Source of the DNA: an uncultured Planctomycetia bacterium | GTDB lineage: Bacteria > Omnitrophota > Gorgyraeia > Duberdicusellales > 4484-171 | Direction of reading: 5' to 3' | Assembly (NCBI GenBank): GCA_964536865.1 | Contig: CAZHYN010000017.1 | Span: 534-32,533, forward strand | DNA length: 32,000 nucleotides | Shown: positions 28,731-32,000 of the stretch, piece by piece | Layout of the letters: each line of letters begins with the position of its first letter | Numbering within the stretch: the first letter of the stretch is position 1 | The notes under the pieces: model-generated | What the model saw: the letters and a program-made list of their open reading frames with translations, nothing else | What the model was told of the DNA's origin: nothing | The model's database searches: none | Program-made: the position numbers and the translations under genes

Positions 28731-29824
28731 TGCTCCTCCTTGCCCTTTAAAGATTGGTAGAACTTATATAACCTTCTTAATGCCTCAATCTTATTTCCTC
28801 TTTCTAGCTTAGCCTTATTCACAATTCTAGCCAAACTATCAATAGTTTTTTGGTAATCCCCCAAACTTATCTTATAAGGATATCCATCCTTTCCTCCATG
28901 AGCAAAGCTGAAACGTGCTGGGTCTTTAAAACTTACCGATTCTCCATAAATAAGATCACTTATTAGAGCTAGAGCTCTTAATGTCTTAAGTCCTACACCT
29001 TCCAGACCAAGAAGAGACTCAAAATCTTTAGGTTTCCTCATATAAGTGGTTAGAAAAACCTTATGTAGGTATTGGGGATTTATGTCCTCAAGAAGAATTC
29101 GATGTCTTGAAGGAAGTCTCTCTGCGCTTGTTTTTAAAAGGCCTATATCCTTTATATTATCCTGAGTCTTTCTCTGGGAAAGTTCAGTTACTAAGCTTCT
29201 CAATTTCCCTCTATCTTTATCTACCAAATTCAGTGTTAAAAAGCTCTTATCACTTACTACCCCCAAATGAGGTTCTTCTACAAAAGAAGTTACTTTTTGA
29301 GAATACCAGTGGTAACGTCTTGCCCAACAATAATCACTACTCATTCCCTGTTGAATCACTACCCAGTTAAATTTATGAGTGAAAATGAATGTATGATGGT
29401 AGAGATTAAACCCATCTTGTAAAGCACTATTATCCACCTTAGCCACCATTCGAGAAGCAAAAATTAGGGGGGCAGGGTCTTTACCTATTTTTTGAGAAAT
29501 TCTCTCAATCTCCTGAGGAGTGCTTCGAGAAACTGAACCTTTCCCTCCACAAATATAGACTCCGTACTCTTCTAAATCGCTGAAAGCTTCCTTTAAAGCT
29601 CCACATACAGTAGTAGTTAAACCTGAGGAGTGCCAATCAAAACCTAATAAGCAGCCTAACGATTGGAACCAGAAAGGATCTGCTAACCGATGAAGGAGAT
29701 ATTCTAAACCAAACTCCCAAATAATTGCCTCACATATACCTCGAGCTAAAACCTTCATCTTTTCAAATAACCAGCGGGGGCACCTCCCTCCATGGAGAGG
29801 TAAATCTAGATAACCTTTTTTCAT
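28727..29824 (-). CDS. Conserved protein of unknown function, DUF763-like (from memory), with a C-terminal helix-hairpin-helix-like segment
   Basis: 365 aa. It begins LDLPLHGGRCPRWLFEKM and carries DWHSSGLTT, ICGGKG, ARRYHW, LPSRHRI, LEGVGLKTLRALAL (HhH-like) and FAHGGKDGYPY. The family assignment was not checked by any search. Confidence 0.65.
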   Translation of the reverse strand: MKKGYLDLPLHGGRCPRWLFEKMKVLARGICEAIIWEFGLEYLLHRLADPFWFQSLGCLLGFDWHSSGLTTTVCGALKEAFSDLEEYGVYICGGKGSVSRSTPQEIERISQKIGKDPAPLIFASRMVAKVDNSALQDGFNLYHHTFIFTHKFNWVVIQQGMSSDYCWARRYHWYSQKVTSFVEEPHLGVVSDKSFLTLNLVDKDRGKLRSLVTELSQRKTQDNIKDIGLLKTSAERLPSRHRILLEDINPQYLHKVFLTTYMRKPKDFESLLGLEGVGLKTLRALALISDLIYGESVSFKDPARFSFAHGGKDGYPYKISLGDYQKTIDSLARIVNKAKLERGNKIEALRRLYKFYQSLKGKEEQ

Positions 29825-29864
29825 CTTAAAAAGTTTAATTCTTAACTAGGATAACTCCTGCGCT

Positions 29865-29890
29865 CTTTGCCAAAGGCAAAGTATTTTTTT
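29865..29890 (+). terminator. Terminator-like hairpin whose T-tract is on the plus strand
   Basis: The plus strand reads CTTTGCC-AAA-GGCAAAG followed by TATTTTTTT. On the minus strand the same hairpin is preceded by A7 and has no U-tract after it. Confidence 0.35.
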
Positions 29891-29970
29891 AGCATATCCG
29901 ACATTGCCCTTGCATTAGAAAATAAGCATTTATACATATATATAGATACCTTTTAGATTAAGTCTTAGTT

Positions 29971-30044
29971 TGCGCCCGGGGTGAGTCGAACACCCAACCT
30001 CTTGATCCGTAGTCAAGTGCTCTATCCAATTGAGCTACGGGCGC
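29971..30044 (-). tRNA. tRNA-Arg (anticodon ACG), 74 nt, CCA not encoded
   Basis: The cloverleaf was folded by hand. Acceptor is GCGCCCG/CGGGCGC. D stem is GCTC/GAGC. Anticodon stem is CTTGA/TCAAG with loop CTACGGA. Variable loop is AGGTT. T arm is GGGTG-TTCGACT-CACCC. Discriminator is A. Confidence 0.95.
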
Positions 30045-30068
30045 ACTAAATCAACAAAGAATGAAAAA

Positions 30069-30097
30069 ATTTTACCATTCTCAGGGAGGATTCTCAA
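30069..30097 (-). promoter_or_regulatory. Possible sigma70-type promoter for tRNA-Arg
   Basis: The minus strand reads TTGAGA (30097..30092), a 17-nt spacer, then TAAAAT (30074..30069), 24 nt upstream of the mature tRNA 5' end. Confidence 0.5.
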
Positions 30098-30118
30098 TAA
30101 AAATATATCTGGTGAATC

Positions 30119-30319
30119 TTATCTTTTAATACGAACTTCAGATAGCGAGACTTTTTTATCTCCTAAACTGGCACCACAACCTTTACAGATATAATCGTAA
30201 AGATAACCATCGGGAAGAATAAGAAGAAGCTTCTCTACTACCGGCATAGACATTCTACAATTAGGACAGTAGAGCCTTGTAGCGATAAAATCTTTGTATT
30301 GATGATTACCACCTTCCAT
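30119..30319 (-). CDS. Small zinc-ribbon protein (two CxxC pairs)
   Basis: 66 aa with CPNC...(27 aa)...CKGC. It starts 12 nt after the HD-GYP gene stop. No SD is visible, so coding status is less certain. Confidence 0.55.
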   Translation of the reverse strand: MEGGNHQYKDFIATRLYCPNCRMSMPVVEKLLLILPDGYLYDYICKGCGASLGDKKVSLSEVRIKR

Positions 30320-30331
30320 AGATAATTAAAA

Positions 30332-31747
30332 TCACTTATTTCTTTCTCTTATTTTCTTAAATTCCCAATGATTTTCTATAAACACATTCCATATCCGAGG
30401 ATCGAACTTATCTTTTTCCTCCCGAATAATCTCTACTGCTTCTTCATGAGTGAGAGCCTTACGATAGCTACGTTCGGAAGTTAAAGCATCATAAACATCA
30501 GCTAGGGCTACTATTCTTGCTGAAAGTGGTATCTCTTCTCCTTTCAATCCTTCAGGATAGCCAGAACCATCCCATCTCTCATGATGGTATAAAACTACAT
30601 TTTCCACCAATTTAAGATACTGATTACTTCCTTTATCTTTAAGTAAGGGAGAAAGCATCTCCACTCCTAAACGGGGATGCTGTTTTACTATTTCCCATTC
30701 TGCTTCTGTTAACTCGGACGGTTTTAAAAGAATCTCGTTAGGAGTGCGCCATTTTCCTACATCATGAAGCATGCTAGCATAACTAAGATCATTAATATAT
30801 TTCTCATCTATATAGTCGGCGAAATCCTTAATTTCTCTTAGTTTCTCAGCAATGAAATGAGTATATTCAGCTATACGACGAATATGACCGGCGGTTTCAG
30901 TATTACCAACCTCCTCTGCTCTTAGAGCAAATACCTCCATAATTCCTCTATAGAGAGCTTCTCTTTTCTTTTCTGCTTCTTTTATCTTGGTAACATCGAT
31001 AAAGGATGCCATTATATAAGAAGTTGCTTTTATTTTCTCTTCAATAAGAGAAAATAAAGCCTGCAAGTAAAAGTGATGATTATCCTTCCTTGCCCCCACC
31101 AACTCTCCCAACCAAGTCTTTTTTTCCTCCAGTGTTTTTAATAATTCTGAGAGGACTTCTTTGCCGTAGAATAGCTCACTTAAGGGTTTACCTATCAATT
31201 CATCTTCTCTTTGATACCCCCACATCTTCACAAAAGAGGGATTGACATAAGTGATCAATCCTTTCATATCAGCAATACAGACTCCGCTAAGAGAAGTCTT
31301 AAGAGCCATATCAGTAAGTAAAGACTCTTTATCTAACACTTCTCTGAGCCGTTCGTACCAAGAAAGAGCATCTCTTATAGCTTTCTCTAACACTTGGGGG
31401 CTCAAATTCCCTTTTACTAAATAGTCGCTTGCGCCTGCTTTTATCATTGCTACTGCTATTTCTTCGTTTCCACTTCCTGTAATAACTATCACAGGAACTT
31501 TCACTCCCCTTGCTCTTATATGCTGAAGAATCTCTAACCCAGTAATCTTACTATGTACACGATAATCTAAAAATATAATCTCTATTTGTGGATTTCTGTC
31601 TAGAAATTCCAGAGCCTCTTCCAAAGTAACTACATGGTGAACATTTAGCTGATAATCTCTTAAGTTATTTCCATAGTGCTTTATTACTGCTACAGAAAAG
31701 GGATCATCCTCAATAACTAAGGTCTCTAAAACTCTTTTTTCTGCCAT
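30332..31747 (-). CDS. Response regulator with REC, PAS and HD-GYP domains (putative c-di-GMP phosphodiesterase)
   Basis: 471 aa. The receiver has VIEDDP, IFLDYRV and DYLVKG. The PAS region reads GVCIADMKGLITYVNPSFVKMWGY. The HD-GYP part has MLHDVGKW and HHERWDGSGYPEGL...ALADVYDALTSERSYR. Confidence 0.9.
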   Translation of the reverse strand: MAEKRVLETLVIEDDPFSVAVIKHYGNNLRDYQLNVHHVVTLEEALEFLDRNPQIEIIFLDYRVHSKITGLEILQHIRARGVKVPVIVITGSGNEEIAVAMIKAGASDYLVKGNLSPQVLEKAIRDALSWYERLREVLDKESLLTDMALKTSLSGVCIADMKGLITYVNPSFVKMWGYQREDELIGKPLSELFYGKEVLSELLKTLEEKKTWLGELVGARKDNHHFYLQALFSLIEEKIKATSYIMASFIDVTKIKEAEKKREALYRGIMEVFALRAEEVGNTETAGHIRRIAEYTHFIAEKLREIKDFADYIDEKYINDLSYASMLHDVGKWRTPNEILLKPSELTEAEWEIVKQHPRLGVEMLSPLLKDKGSNQYLKLVENVVLYHHERWDGSGYPEGLKGEEIPLSARIVALADVYDALTSERSYRKALTHEEAVEIIREEKDKFDPRIWNVFIENHWEFKKIRERNK

Positions 31748-31786
31748 TATAATCTTCTCCTTAGATTACTTTAGAGCTTCCTCTCC

Positions 31787-31815
31787 TATATAATTAAAAC
31801 ACATTCCTTTGTCAA
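31787..31815 (-). promoter_or_regulatory. Sigma70-type promoter of the REC-PAS-HD-GYP gene
   Basis: The minus strand reads TTGACA (31815..31810), a 17-nt spacer, then TATATA (31792..31787). The leader of about 39 nt ends in AAGGAGAAG, 7 nt before the ATG. Confidence 0.55.
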
Positions 31816-31932
31816 CTTGCAAGGGAAAATTATTTACCTTAAAGTAACCCCCTCTCTAGTAAAGAATTAGTCCAATGCAAGGAATTTCTCCTTATTAATA
31901 TTAATACGGAGGGGGAGGGATTTGAACCCAAC

Positions 31933-31958
31933 CTCCCACGAAGTGGGAGTCTTTTTTT
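31933..31958 (+). terminator. Strong terminator-like hairpin with its T-tract on the plus strand
   Basis: The plus strand reads CTCCCAC-GAA-GTGGGAG followed by TCTTTTTTT. On the minus strand it is preceded by A7 and followed by GTTGGGTTCAAAT, a poor U-tract. Confidence 0.5.
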
Positions 31959-32000
31959 GTTGGGTCCAAAATAGTTTAACAATTTAATATCTACTATCAT

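Noticed and set aside
30075-30100. Repeated ATTCTC / TGAGAAT motif between the zinc-ribbon ORF and tRNA-Arg, considered as a hairpin terminator.
   Set aside because: The two copies are direct rather than inverted, so no stem forms. The segment is better explained as the spacer of the putative tRNA promoter.
31905-31998. tRNA-like sequence on the minus strand (GGGTTCAAATCCC T-loop-like motif, CCCTCCG acceptor-like end, hairpin resembling a long variable arm). It could be a tRNA, a tmRNA 3' end or an integration-site remnant.
   Set aside because: I could not fold a cloverleaf. The 5 nt before TTCAAAT (TTGGG) pair with only 3 of the 5 nt after it (CCCTC). No complementary 5' acceptor strand (CGGAGGG) exists up to position 32000. 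There is no credible anticodon arm, and the 3' end lacks the tmRNA-type TCCA-CCA. No integrase is nearby. The hairpin is better explained as a terminator.

Overview
AT-rich bacterial chromosomal window with about 30 tightly packed genes, often overlapping at stop/start. Every gene I accept is on the minus strand, and the content is mostly housekeeping.

Gene order, left to right on the plus coordinates:
- a partial multi-PAS sensor histidine kinase and a CheY-like regulator
- a CxxC membrane protein, a split hypothetical gene, a suhB-family phosphatase and a SagB/nitroreductase-fold protein
- groES-groEL with a sigma70-type promoter, a CIRCE operator and a clean terminator
- coaX-birA-uvrB-nadC-valS
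- kptA, a yjbQ-family gene and an FAH-family gene
- a decayed archaemetzincin relic
- aroA-rluD-lspA-(DksA/TraR-like)-ileS-mtnP-(membrane protein)-proC
- a fused pncB-pncA gene
- a DUF763-like / flavodoxin / cutA / ccdA cluster
- tRNA-Arg(ACG), a small zinc-ribbon ORF and a REC-PAS-HD-GYP regulator

I found no transposase, integrase, CRISPR array, toxin-antitoxin or defence-type genes, and no convincing novel multi-gene system.

The observations most worth a second look are:
1. Eight single-base frame breaks, all in short homopolymers, split six conserved genes. This is either assembly error or early gene decay.
2. A genuine multi-hit archaemetzincin pseudogene with lost zinc ligands.
3. A PncB-PncA fusion.
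4. A sensor kinase with a Rossmann-like N-terminal domain and a Cys-motif PAS.
5. A tightly coupled DUF763-flavodoxin-CutA-CcdA cluster.
6. A plus-strand attenuator-like element at the right edge.

All homology calls come from motif recognition by eye; no searches were run.
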